Shown here in pieces: positions 14,787 through 26,538 of a stretch of DNA of 64,000 bases. The position numbers and the translations under genes are program-made. Each line of letters starts with the position of its first letter. Position 1 is the stretch's first letter. The DNA is from Geosiphon pyriformis uo1 (taxonomy: Eukaryota > Fungi > Glomeromycota). The notes under the pieces were generated by a model. The model did not search any database and was not told the DNA's origin. It saw nothing but the letters and a program-made list of their open reading frames with translations. The DNA lies in the NCBI GenBank assembly GCA_016748015.1, contig JAAOMT010000031.1:310001-374000 (forward strand). The letters are read 5' to 3'.

Positions 14787-16547
14787 TTAGACCTGGTAAA
14801 CAATGAAATAACATGGAACACAGGCATCCTCTTTATATACAATTAATTCATCATATTCTAGTCCATTCTCGGATTTAGTTGGCTCTCCCACGACACTATG
14901 ATATCCTTCGGGAAGAGTATCAGGATTAAACTTTTGAAATACACATTGTTCAAATCGATTCCCGACTATCACCCGATTCAAGAACATTGTTCGATATGTG
15001 GTTTCTTTTAGTTTTGAATATATTTGAAATTTACTCGAGAACCTGTGATCTTGGAGTATTTTTAATGTTTTTTGGGAATCTTCATTGTAAACATGAGATT
15101 TTGAGGGACTAGAAGAGAAGTAAATTCCTTCACCAAAAAAGCCTCTTGCATCTGATAAAGAAAGTTTGTAAGAGGTTCGAATTATTCCACAAGTTGCACA
15201 TTTAGGATTAGTGCATAAAGTTTTGGTGGATAAGCCGAGAAGACAAATTTGTGAGGTGCCGTGAAATCTTCTAAATTGGATGAGGAAAAAAGTAAATGAA
15301 CAAGTTAAGTTTAGAAATGTTGGAATCAAATAAAGACCAAATGTTTGATGATATACCTTTGTTCATTTCCACTTGTCATTGCTTAAGGAAAGGAAAGGAA
15401 AGGAAAGGAAAGGAAAGGAAAGGAAAGGAGAGGAGAGGAAAGGAAAGGAAAGGAAAGGAAAGGAAATGAAAGGAAAGGAAATGAAAGGAAAGGAAAGGAA
15501 AGGAAATGAAAGGAAAGGAAATGAAAGGAAAGAAAAAAGGAAAGGAAAGGAAAGGAAAGAAAAAAGGAAAAAGGAAAGGAGAGGAAAAAAATATTTTATC
15601 AATTAATATTTAAAAAATTTAAAAAAATTTTTATTTGAAATTTCAAATCAATCTTATTGAATAAAACCTACTTCGTTTTCCATTTCCTTTTGGAAACTTT
15701 CTTCCTTGAAAATTTCCTTCTTCCTCAACTTTATCTCTATATCTTTTATATCTAGAGACGTAAAAAAAAAAAAAATTGGAAAAAAAGATTGGAAAAAAAG
15801 ATTATTTACAATTAATTGAAAAAATTTCTTTTATTCAAATACCTATTCAAAATATTTATATCCAAAAAAATTTTCCAAACTGAAATAATTTTCGGTGGTC
15901 GTAATCCACTTGCTTTCCAACCTTTGTTCCATTGTTCTGAAACTGATTTATAAGCATCTTCAGATTGGGCTATTTGGATTATGCATGGGGCTGTTTAAAA
16001 TTTGGGAATATGTTTTAGAGGAAATTTTTTTTTTAAAAAAAAAATCATTTTAAAAACTATATTATTATTAAATTCACCTTTCATAAGATTGTCCCAATTT
16101 GGAATTTTGTCTCTGCATGCTTTAGAGCACCATAAAGTTTGTGAATTGTAAATCGTTTTATTCTAACAAGGGAGAAATTTTCGAGGGGCATAAAATGGGA
16201 AGCAAAAAATAAAAATATAAATATAAATAAAAAAAAACCGTTTTAATTTTCAATTCAGGAAAATTCATTTAAATCACAAGCTTATATTTCATTTCGACTC
16301 AATATGATGGGATTTTACAAACCTTACAATTCAAACAATTTCTACATCTTACTTTCCCACAATAAAGTGAACCTTGAACATGTGGAAACCTTTTACATTG
16401 GGTACATGGGCTGATAATTTTTCCTTCATCATCGAATGATTGGTTAAAGGTATTAATTCGACAGAAATCACTACAATGATTACTATTGTATCCTTCTGGA
16501 TCAAGGTCTATTTCGTTTTTCTTACAATTTTGGCAGAAATTTGACAT
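14787..16547 (-). CDS. PARP-like ADP-ribosyltransferase domain protein with three N-terminal Cys-rich Zn-finger-like repeats
   Basis: Exons about 16547-16323, 16162-16078, 15991-15843, 15752-15671, 15381-15357 and 15270-14787 splice in frame to GNEQRRFHGT...LCTNPKCATCGII...FGEGIYFSSSPSKSHVY...MFLNRVIVG...YHSVVGEP...YDELIVY (H-Y-E triad). The N-terminus has three CxxC...CxxxC-like units. Confidence 0.85.
15386..15590. repeat. (GGAAA)n / (TTTCC)n pentanucleotide microsatellite inside an intron of the PARP-like gene
   Basis: Direct reading; it generates the spurious KGKER and FPFLS ORFs. Confidence 0.95.
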
Positions 16548-17358
16548 GGATTTTTTTAAGTTAAGGATTTTTAAGTTTTGATAAAAAATCAAAAAATCAA
16601 AAGAAATATGATAAAGAAAGAATGATTAATGGGATTTAGAAGGTTAAAAAAAAAAATTTTTATTCGAGAAAGAAAAAACTTGAAGATATTAAAAAAATTT
16701 TTAAAAGGATAAAGAGATAAGAAATAATGAAATCCAAAAGTACCTATTTTATAATTTAATACATATTATTGATGTACAATGAACAATGAACAATGAACAA
16801 TGCCCACCATTGCATGTTGCAATACATTTGATATTTCTCAATGATACGCCTAAAAATAATCAATTATTTTTTACACTTTAAGTTGATTTAATTGTGATAT
16901 AGATTTCTAAATTTACGTTTCCTTCGCCAAGGCGAGTTTTCCTTTTGCCAAGGGGAGATTTTTTATTACTAAAAATATTTATTCTCAATTTGATATATAC
17001 CCTTTTTTTTTCTATGTTTGGTTGGGGATGATCTGAAGGCTGATTTTTCATTTTTTAAATGAGATGAATTTAATTCGTTAAAAAAAATTATAAATATATA
17101 TATATATATATATTTATATTATTTATATATTTATTTATTTATTTATTTATTTATTCACCATTTTAGAGAATATATAAAAATACAAATGTTTAATATTAAA
17201 ATTCAAAACTCAGGGATCGGTAGTTAAAAAAATAAATCGAAACTCTTAAAATAAAATGAGATAACAAACAAAAAAGATGGGGAAAATTTTTTTCATATCG
17301 ATTCGATCAACAAGTGGTGTTTAAGATGTATGAAATTAGAAAATTAGGGTTAAAATTT

Positions 17359-17396
<38 letters not shown>

Positions 17397-17499
17397 ATTT
17401 TCAAGATAAAAAAGAAAAAGAAAAAGAAAACTAATATGAAGATAAATTATAATTTTTCGGAAAAATGAAAATAAATTTCATTTTGAATCGTTTTGTCAC

Positions 17500-18076
17500 T
17501 TACAATTTAACGATCGTTCGAAAGCATTGCTCACATTTTCGAATAGGTGCATAATAAGGTGACCAATTCCAAATCAAATTATTCGCAGTCCTTTATAAAA
17601 AAAAATTTAAGCATAAAAATTTTTTTTTTTTAATATGATTCAAGCTTAAAAAAAACTTTTAATTCAAATCATAATTTTTTTACGCACTGTTTATCGAATC
17701 CATTCTGAATCATTTTCCAAACTGAATCCCAACAATTTCCCGCTCCAAAAAAGAAACCAAATTTTTTATTGCCTCCACAAGCATTATAAAAATCTCTTAT
17801 TCTTAATCCAGATTTAGTTTTATAATATTTAGAATTTCTCCATTCATTGCTTCGATTCACAATTTGAAGGGATTCAATCACTGGACCATTTTTCGGTGGT
17901 TCCTTAGTATTATGAATAAACCATCTTTCTCCTGTTTCCGTGACTAAAACCATCCCATAGTGACCAAAAAGTGGTGATATTATATGAGATCCTGTATTAT
18001 TTGGATGTACATAAACTGCTGCTACCACAACGATTGAGTTTAAAACTTGAGAGTTTTGATGAGGTAGAATTTGCAT
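17500..18076 (-). CDS. Small permuted papain-like (NlpC/P60 H-box/NC, LRAT/PPPDE-like) protein, paralogue 1
   Basis: Exons 18076-17688 and 17590-17500; HYGMVLVTETGERWFIHN...GNCWDSV; exon 2 reads ANNLIWNWSPYYAP. Confidence 0.7.
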
Positions 18077-18416
18077 TTCAATTATTTTTTATATTTTATT
18101 TTACTTTTAAATTATTTTTATCCAAGTTTTTTTCTTTCAATTTAATTATTCTAAAGGATTAAAATATTTTCCTCATTATCAACTTCAAATTTATAGAATT
18201 TTTCGTTTTAATTCTAGAATGGAAAAAAGAAAATCTAAATCTAAAAATCATTTCATCAATTGATACAGATTAATTCTAAATTCATGTTGACAAAAAACTT
18301 ATATCATATTACATTGTCCCTTCTAATCTTAATACTCTGAATATTTATGTAGGAGAAACGTTTTCACTATAATATGGGTGGTTAGTGTCTAAAGTAAAAA
18401 GATACATAAAATGATC

Positions 18417-18522
18417 TTACCTACCTACCTACCTATCTACCTATCTACCTATCTACCTATCTACTTATCTACTTATCTACCTATCTACTTATCTACTTAT
18501 CTACCTATCTATCTACCTACCT
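18417..18522. repeat. (TACC/TATC/TACT)n tetranucleotide microsatellite
   Basis: Direct reading. Confidence 0.9.
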
Positions 18523-18839
18523 AAAATATCAAACCTCATTAAAATCATTCTCCGAAAAAAACTATCCTTGTTCTGCTCACTTAATGAATCAATAGTTTTA
18601 GATCACAATAATATTTCAAATTTTATATTTTGAATAAAGAAAAATTATATATTACTCAGTTTTTAAAATTTGTTTATGTTTAATAAATATTAAATCATAT
18701 TAAATAAATAATAATAAATAAATAATAAATAAATAAATAATAATAAATAAATAAATAAATTTATAAGCTTATAAACAAAGCTTATAATAATGAACTTAAT
18801 AAAAATATCATTTATAATTAGATTTAATTTTTCTTTTAA

Positions 18840-18871
<32 letters not shown>

Positions 18872-19069
18872 CTTGATTAGAAATTAATATTGTAATTAAT
18901 CTTAAAAATAATCAATTATCCTGAATTTCAAAAATCTTTTTTTTTTTTTATAATAAATTTTATTAAATTTAATCTATTTTACTTTAATAATAATAATAAT
19001 AATAATAATAAATTAAAAATATATTATTTAAAATAATAATAATAATAATAATTGTATATTTTTAAGAAA

Positions 19070-19641
19070 CTAACATTTAAAAGGTTTTGGAAAAAAACAT
19101 TTGCTAACCCGATTTATAAAAGAGGTTAACGCGTAGACAAGACAATGAAAATAAGAGGTTAAGACGCGGGCAAGTGGATTAATCATCCGAAATGGAGCAT
19201 AATAAGGTGACCAATTCGAATTCAAATTATTCGCAATCCTGAATTGAAATAACATAAAATTTTAATATTTGATTTTTAAATAAAACACATAATTAAATAT
19301 ACTTACTCCTTATCAAAACCAATCAAAATCATTTTAGCCACCGAATCCCAACAATTTTTTGTATATTTAGAACCTTCATAAAAATCTTTTACTCTCAATC
19401 CAGATTTCGTTGAGTAATAAGGTGAATAAGTCCATTTATTACCTCTTTTCAAAATTTCTCCGGGATGAATTACGAGACCAAAATTTTGGGTATTATGAAC
19501 GAACCAAATTTCACCTGATTCGGTAGAAATAGCCATACCATAATGTGGACATATTTTACAGTTTTTTGAGTGTTTATAAATAGCTGCAGAAACCACAATT
19601 GAATTAAGAATTTTAGGGTCAGTGTTAGGGAGGACAGTCAT
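19070..19641 (-). CDS. Small permuted papain-like (H-box/NC) protein, paralogue 2, with hydrophobic C-terminal helix
   Basis: Exons 19641-19307 and 19238-19070; HYGMAISTESGEIWFVHN...KNCWDSV; same intron position and phase and same ANNLxxNWSPYYAP motif as paralogue 1. Confidence 0.7.
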
Positions 19642-20456
19642 TGCGAAAAAAAATTTCTTGATAAAAGAGATAGCTTTATTGAGTTTATTTTTCAATTCAA
19701 TTATTCTCCTTCAAGTCTTAATTTATGAAAATATTTCACAAGATTCTAGCTAGAAATAACTTTTATTCAATCATTCATCACTTTATGAAAATTTTCCTGA
19801 TAATATGATTAAATGATCGCTTAAAATTTCAAGCTGTTGCATATTTTTTCGCCTTATTGGGGGGGGGGGGGTTTGTTACTTATTCCAAGTAAACGAGTTA
19901 CGAAACGGATTACAACTCGGGATTGAAAAAATTATCAATGGAATCTTCTATATGACTAAATAAATATTCAAGTCTTTTCTAAATGAAAAATTTATTAAAC
20001 CACTCAAAAATTGAATTTGGTACCTATAAATATTATATTTTTGCTTATTTCCGAATTTTCAAATAAGTATTCTAGCAAAAATTCACAAATTTTTGCTAGT
20101 TTAATAAATTTGGATTAAATTTCTTCTGGATTATATCATGATTTTTTGATATCATAATTTTTAAATTTTTAGCCATGGACATGTATCAAATAATGAAAAA
20201 TATAATCTTTCATTGTTTATGTTTTTACCTTTAACTTATTGACAAAAAAAACTTTGTAAATTGAATCAAAGTATTGCTCAAATCCGAGGCATCTTTATTA
20301 ATTTTTTTTTACAATATCAAATGTCAAGAGTTTTATTAAATGCTAATGTTAAATGATTGTTTTGTTTTGTTTTTTAATTTCATTTTGGCAGCTAAATTTT
20401 TGAAGATTGCTTCATTGAATTACCAAAAACATTTTGTACATTAAAAATATTCATTT

Positions 20457-20590
20457 TTAAAAACGTTCATTCTTTATGAGCCTATTGAAAAAACCATGAA
20501 TGATTGCTGCCAACATAAAATTAAATCCAAATGTCCATACTATTTTTTCAATTTCATTCTTATTTGCATTACTAGTACTACTAATAGTGC

Positions 20591-20626
<36 letters not shown>

Positions 20627-21657
20627 CATCTTTATTGTCCCTTATTTGTCCTGAGCCATAATCATGATTCTTATTAATCAAGTCTCGACCATCGACTTCA
20701 CTACTTGCTTCATCACTATTCATTTTTGTATTATTATCCTTTTTTGGCGGAGGTGGAATAGGTAAAATTGTGAAAGGACCAACAACATCCCAAATTGTAC
20801 CTGGTGGATCATGCTGAAATCGAAGCTCAATATCGAGAAAAAAGAGACTAGAGTTTCGAATATTTGGTGAGAGAATAATTTGTATGGGATATTTAATAAA
20901 AGTCAAATTTGTTTGCTGGTTATGATAAATGTTCTGGTGAAAATTTTAAAGATCAATTAGTATCTGTTTAAAAGATATGAAAGATTTTGCCCATGAATAA
21001 AAAATTGAGATGATATCTCCCAAGAGGGAATTAATAATATTTGACTTCATCCACCAACCAAGTTTTCTCTTTTTTAAATTAACTTACCGAACGGTAGTCC
21101 CATTGCCATTCTTTATTGAGATTTTTATCCTCATTTTCATCTTCTCCTTGGCCCTCCTCTGTCAAATTTTGCTTTGGTTCCATAGTTAAGTTAGCAAACA
21201 ATAAAACATCAACCTGATGTATCAACAAAACAGTTTCATTTTCAACACGACAGCCAGGCCCAGAAACATCCCATTTGATCAGCATTTCATCTCCAGGTGC
21301 ATAACGATCACCTCTTTTTGGACTTGTGATATGAATTTTACATTGTTGTTCTTCTGAAGAAAAAGAGGTGAAAGGTGAATTTGGTGATTCGGTTGGAATC
21401 AATGTTGTTGTTGTTGTTGATGATGATGCTGTATATGTACGAGAGAAAGGGACGGAAACAGTTGTAATCCCGGGAATTGTAATTGGGAGAGTTGAAGAGG
21501 CATAAGGATTTTGAAATTGTATTGGTGAGGAAGGATTTTGTGAGTTTAAAGTTTTTGATGAATTTGACGAAGAAACGAATAGTTTTTGAAATAAGATTAT
21601 AATAACCAGAATCAAGAGCCATAATATTTTAGATGAAAAATTTTTTGATATCCTCAT
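20457..21657 (-). CDS. Secreted or membrane-anchored Ser/Thr-rich protein with a Kre9/Knh1-like Ig-fold domain
   Basis: N-terminal hydrophobic signal (ILWLLILVIIILF), S/T-rich stalk, CKIHITSPKRGDRYAPGDEMLIKW...GPFTI and a hydrophobic C-terminus; exons 21657-21088 and 20933-20457. Confidence 0.65.
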
Positions 21658-22479
21658 TTCTAAATATTGAACTTTTAATGTTTTAAGGGGAAGGGGAAGG
21701 AGGGGGAGAGGGAAGGGGAAGGGGGAAACTCCGGATGAATAAAACTTTTTTTTTTTAAAAACTATTCCCCAAATATAATTTGTAAACATATATATTTAAA
21801 ACTTTTTATAAAATTCCACTATTCTAAATTTCCATAATTTTCTTCTCCTTTTCCCTACCCTTTTTTTTTAAATTAAATGTGAATATTGAAAAATAAAATT
21901 TGAGAAATTATTAGTTTTAAAATTTAGATTCGAACATCATTTTATCATTTTATCAAGAAACTTTAGACTTTTTATTAAAAAGAAATGCATGGCTGATTCA
22001 AAAACAATAATAATAAAATTTCTGTTGATTTGATTTGGTTTTCTTTTGAAATCACCAAAAACGCGTGATGCAGTGTGAAAGAATGGCAAATAATCGAATA
22101 TATTTGATGATGAAAATTCTTTAAATTCTAATTTGACTGCCATAGACTGATTCGCAAAAAAAGTTCACTCTTCTTTAAAAGTCAAATTATTTTTTTTGAT
22201 ATCAGATTTTTTTACTTTTTTTTTTTATTTTTTTTTATTTTTATTTTTTTGATTGATTGATGATTTTATAAATATTTTTCAATAAGGATGAATGATGCAT
22301 AACTGAAAATTTTTCAAAGATCCCCTAAAAAAAACTTTTATTTATTTTAATAGACCTCCAAAAAAAAAATTATTAATAAATTAAAACTTACTTTGATTCC
22401 TTAATTTTCTATTAAAACTTGACATATTTTTTTTTAAAAAAAAAAAAAAAAAATAGATTCCAGAAAAAATATTTAATTC

Positions 22480-22938
22480 ATGATTTCCGCTAATTTTATA
22501 CATTCAATTGGCTTCCAATACCCTTGTTATAATCCAAGTACTTCTACAATCATACTGCTGACTCTACTCTTCCTCATTCATACAATCATCTGCCCAACCT
22601 CTTTTCGAACTACAGCCCAAATTCTACCAACCACAACGATCCCTTTATTAACCACAGTACCTACACTTCATCCAGTAACCCAAACCACGCAGATACCTTT
22701 TCAAACTAAGATCCCTACTAAAATTCCCATTTCGAATATTGATAATTATAACAATCTACCTGGAAGCCCAGATCCGACGGAAATCCGTGTCATCTCCGCA
22801 AAAACTTTAAAGCATCCAGGCATTAAACCAACGATCATTAATGAGGAGAATAGTGGCACCACAACACATTCTGTTATTGATGCACAATTGTTTTTGATGA
22901 TCCTTGGTGTGGCTGTTATCATTGGATTTAATATATAA
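22480..22938 (+). CDS. Small Thr/Pro-rich surface protein (signal-like N-terminus, hydrophobic C-terminus; possibly GPI-anchored)
   Basis: IILLTLLFLIHTIIC, T/P-rich middle, C-terminal LFLMILGVAVIIGF. Confidence 0.55.
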   Translation: MISANFIHSIGFQYPCYNPSTSTIILLTLLFLIHTIICPTSFRTTAQILPTTTIPLLTTVPTLHPVTQTTQIPFQTKIPTKIPISNIDNYNNLPGSPDPTEIRVISAKTLKHPGIKPTIINEENSGTTTHSVIDAQLFLMILGVAVIIGFNI

Positions 22939-23718
22939 ATTTTGGATTTTGAACACAAGTAATTGGGAATACGTTAAAAAACGAGAGGTTTGAAAAGATA
23001 TGAGATTAGTTGAATTGAAAAGATAAAGAGGAAACATGTAATTAAAATTATATGAAAATTTAAAATTTTCTATTTCTTCTATCATTATTTTGTATTAATT
23101 TAGTAATGTCTGGCTTAATGGTAGAAACTTGAACTAATATTATTCGAAATACCATTTATCCAAATAATAATCTTGGGGGGTAAAGTTTCATAAAAATTCT
23201 TTCTAAAGAAACCGAAATCATTGAGCTTATTTTAACCCTTTTCTTTAATCCCAAGCGTTGAATGAGTCTTAAACAATTTTATAAACCTGGTATTCAAAAT
23301 CTTGAATCTTCTTCATTAATTATAATCTAAATAAATTCAGCTTATCTCAACTTATGTACAATACTCTGGTACATTTGTTGTTACTTTTAAAACCTTAGTT
23401 GAAAACCCATAGAAATATAAACGAAATTACTTCGTCGGAAAAGAGGTAATCAGTATCAGAAGAGGTAATAAATTCATTGATCCATAAGATGCTATTTTTG
23501 TTGATTCGAGCGAAAGGATTTGCAATTGTAACCTTTTGATGATTACGCAATATAGTCATTCAGGTTCATGATAATAGGTTATTATTGTGTAATTTTCGAG
23601 AAAACCAATACCAATATGTCGACTATCACCAAACTATTCCACCCCATGAATGATATTAAATCAAATTTTTGCCGAAATATCGCTTAGCCTTCGATAAAGC
23701 TTTATTAAAAACTTCAAT

Positions 23719-25128
23719 TTACTCATGTTTAGAAATTTGAACCATCTTGTTTTTATAACGATCCAAGAACCGGAGATGGGGATCGATCAAAAATCTACTT
23801 GAATGAGCTATGAAATAATTTCAAGTATCAATCTGTCCCTTTTTCTGATTAAATTTTGGATGATATCGATAACTAGTCGAGTTACGATTCTCGAATACGA
23901 ATTAGAAGAATAATCAAAGCAGGTATTCGGACCAGAAGCAATAATCGAATAAAATTCCTCACTTCTCTGAATCCAGTTCCGCTGATACTCTTGAACCTTT
24001 GACCTCCTGTCTATACCAAATCTCGATAAGACTTTGATTTAATGGTTGATATATCGACAAAGGAGACCTTTTCAATCTCAGGACCGCCTTCGCTTTTCTC
24101 AATTTTCTTTTTGTGTTGCTTTAACACCATCACTTCATAGGACTTGAGGTCAAAACCTTTCGATTCACTGTAAGCACGGGTAAACATCTCTTCAAGCCCT
24201 GGATATCTTTCCCATACGGAGGCAATCATTGCAGGTGTTCGATATTTTCCTTTCGATTGATGATCTTTATCGAGATTGGTTCCACGTAAAAGTTCGTTGA
24301 AATCTCGAAGTTTTTCTTCACAACCTCTAAGATTCTCAATAGGTTCCCAACTAAAAAGTATAGATTTGTTCTAACCATTCTCAATAACCAGACAATTATA
24401 TCTTCAAATAGTAAATGCGTCATAAAAATATACTCTCACGTTTCCTTTGTCCATCCAGTCCACTTCACAGCGTACAATTCTCGACCCTATTATCCATAGA
24501 AATAATTGAGGCTGTAAGATTAAAGTAATATAAGAATAGAAATTTATTTCATCTCCAGTCGTTTTTTCAAGTAGAGGGCAATTCCATATAAAAAAGCACC
24601 CTGATTCATACTTTAATATTCTTCGATAATTTTACTGAAGTTTGATTCACCCACCTATAATCAACCGTTTCCCATATTCCATTGATCACTTACATTCTCA
24701 ATTTTGCGTGCCAGAATACTATCAACCTCGTAAACGTCGTCAGGCAAAGGAACGTCATTAATCTCCTCCATAATTACGTCGCCATTAGGATCGCGTATAA
24801 TAGACGTTGATGAACCTGCCCCTGATAAGTTGTTGTCGTCGTCATCTTGTTGTTTTTCGTTGCTGTAGTTTGAGTAGCGACGTTCGCCTGATAAAGAGTT
24901 CCTTAGGTTTTTTTGTCAGGTTAGACAAAGAAGTTAAAAATTGCGAGTTCTACCCACCATGAAAAGGTCGATCGTCTCGATCCATACCATCCATCAAGCT
25001 TATATTTGGCCTTTTCAGTTTACCGGAACTGCTAACACTATAGCGAACTGACGAGATTTAAGGTAAGATAGTTTCGCGAAGGAAAGCATTGGCATCAATA
25101 TTGAGTATATTTACAGATGACTCATCAT
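23719..25128 (-). CDS. Chromodomain protein (multi-exon; both termini uncertain)
   Basis: Exons about 24888-24694, 24488-24442 and 24350 onward splice to DDVYEVDSILARKIENGRELYAVKWTGWTKETWEPIENLRGCEEKLRDF, a canonical chromodomain preceded by an acidic stretch. Confidence 0.8.
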
Positions 25129-25377
25129 GATCTTCCCAATAAAATGCTCTGAAATTATTTAACAATTCGGTTCCCCGACACTGATACACTTCTTTTCACC
25201 GTTCCAATTTTTTTGTCTATTTTAAGACACCCACACGGTTTCATGTTCAACCTAGGTTTTTCTCTCTCTGGGCGCTCAATAATTCATAGTTGACTATCTT
25301 ACTCTCACCTCTCCTCAAAAAACTACTTTATTCTTGCTTATCAACACCGTCAAAATCTCAACAGAAATTTTAACAAG

Positions 25378-25984
25378 ATGTCATTTCCTACCACTTTGCC
25401 AGATTATATTGAGGCAGAAGATTTGGCAAGAATAATTAAAGATAAATCGAAAATTTCTGGACGTGATTATTTGGTTGTTGACGTTAGAGGGGATGATTTT
25501 GAGGTATACTTGTGATAATTGTATCAATGAAGAAAGATGGAGCACTATTTTGCCAGAGTTTTCTTAATTAGATAATATACAAATTAACTTGAGGAAGTTT
25601 ATTGGGAAATTGAATTCGATTTGTATTCTAGAACGGTAACATACCTGGATGCCTGAATATTACATCCCAAGAATTAGCTAGAAATATTCAACCCTTCATT
25701 AACAAACATAAAAACGGTAATTATTGTTTTTTGCACAATTTCAATTATGTTAAATTAAAATTAAAATTTTAAATAACACTATTTTAATGTTTGTGTTAGT
25801 ACCGCAAATCATTTTCCATTGCACCTTTTCCCAAGTACGTGGTCCGAGATCCGCGAGCTTATATTTGGAAGCTTCAGTGAAGACTGCCGGTGAGACCCAA
25901 AAAATCCAAGTCTTGCGTGGTGGATTTGAGGAGTGGGAGGAAAAGTATAGGGATGATCCAGAGCTTGTGGAGAATCATGATTAG
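25378..25984 (+). CDS. Cdc25-like rhodanese-fold phosphatase / arsenate reductase (Ibp1/Ych1/Acr2 family)
   Basis: Three exons: YLVVDVRGDDFE / NGNIPGCLNI / IIFHCTFSQVRGPRSA...VLRGGFEEW. Confidence 0.9.
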
Positions 25985-26538
25985 GACGTCTGTGTGTATA
26001 AATGAGTCCTAATGAATATATATTTGTTTCGATCAAAATCAGTTATAGAGGTAAGGATTGAAAGAGAATGGATGATTAGAAAAAAAAGTTAATGTACTTT
26101 GGGAATTTATGAGAATTGCGTGAAAAATATTCAAGACTGGAATCTTTCGGCTCTGTTGGGTTGCCAACGGATGATTTATAAATGAATTTCAATATGATAA
26201 TTACCATTATTCACAATTTTTTATTTAGATCTGAAAATTCTATAATGGAACATTATTACGGAGGGTATATTATTCCAGAGTGGAAATCAATATTCATACC
26301 AATTAATTAAATCACGGTCTCTTCCCAAATTTGAAAAATCACTATTCAAATAAATATTACACATTTTCTTTGAGTTAATCATACTTTTTTCATTATAATA
26401 TTAATCCTATCACTTTTAAATATTAGATATTAAATATTTAATCCAAAAGGATATCTAGGTAAATTCTTGATTAGGCCGAGAATAACAGTAAAGCAGATTA
26501 AGCCTTCTCATGACTAATTTCTCTTTGAGAAATCTATT

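Noticed and set aside
15363-15606. ORFs with KGKER and FPFLS repeats
   Set aside because: Translations of an intronic (GGAAA)n microsatellite.
23719-24300. Clr4/Su(var)3-9 or HP1 identity for the chromodomain gene
   Set aside because: No pre-SET/SET or chromoshadow motifs found downstream.
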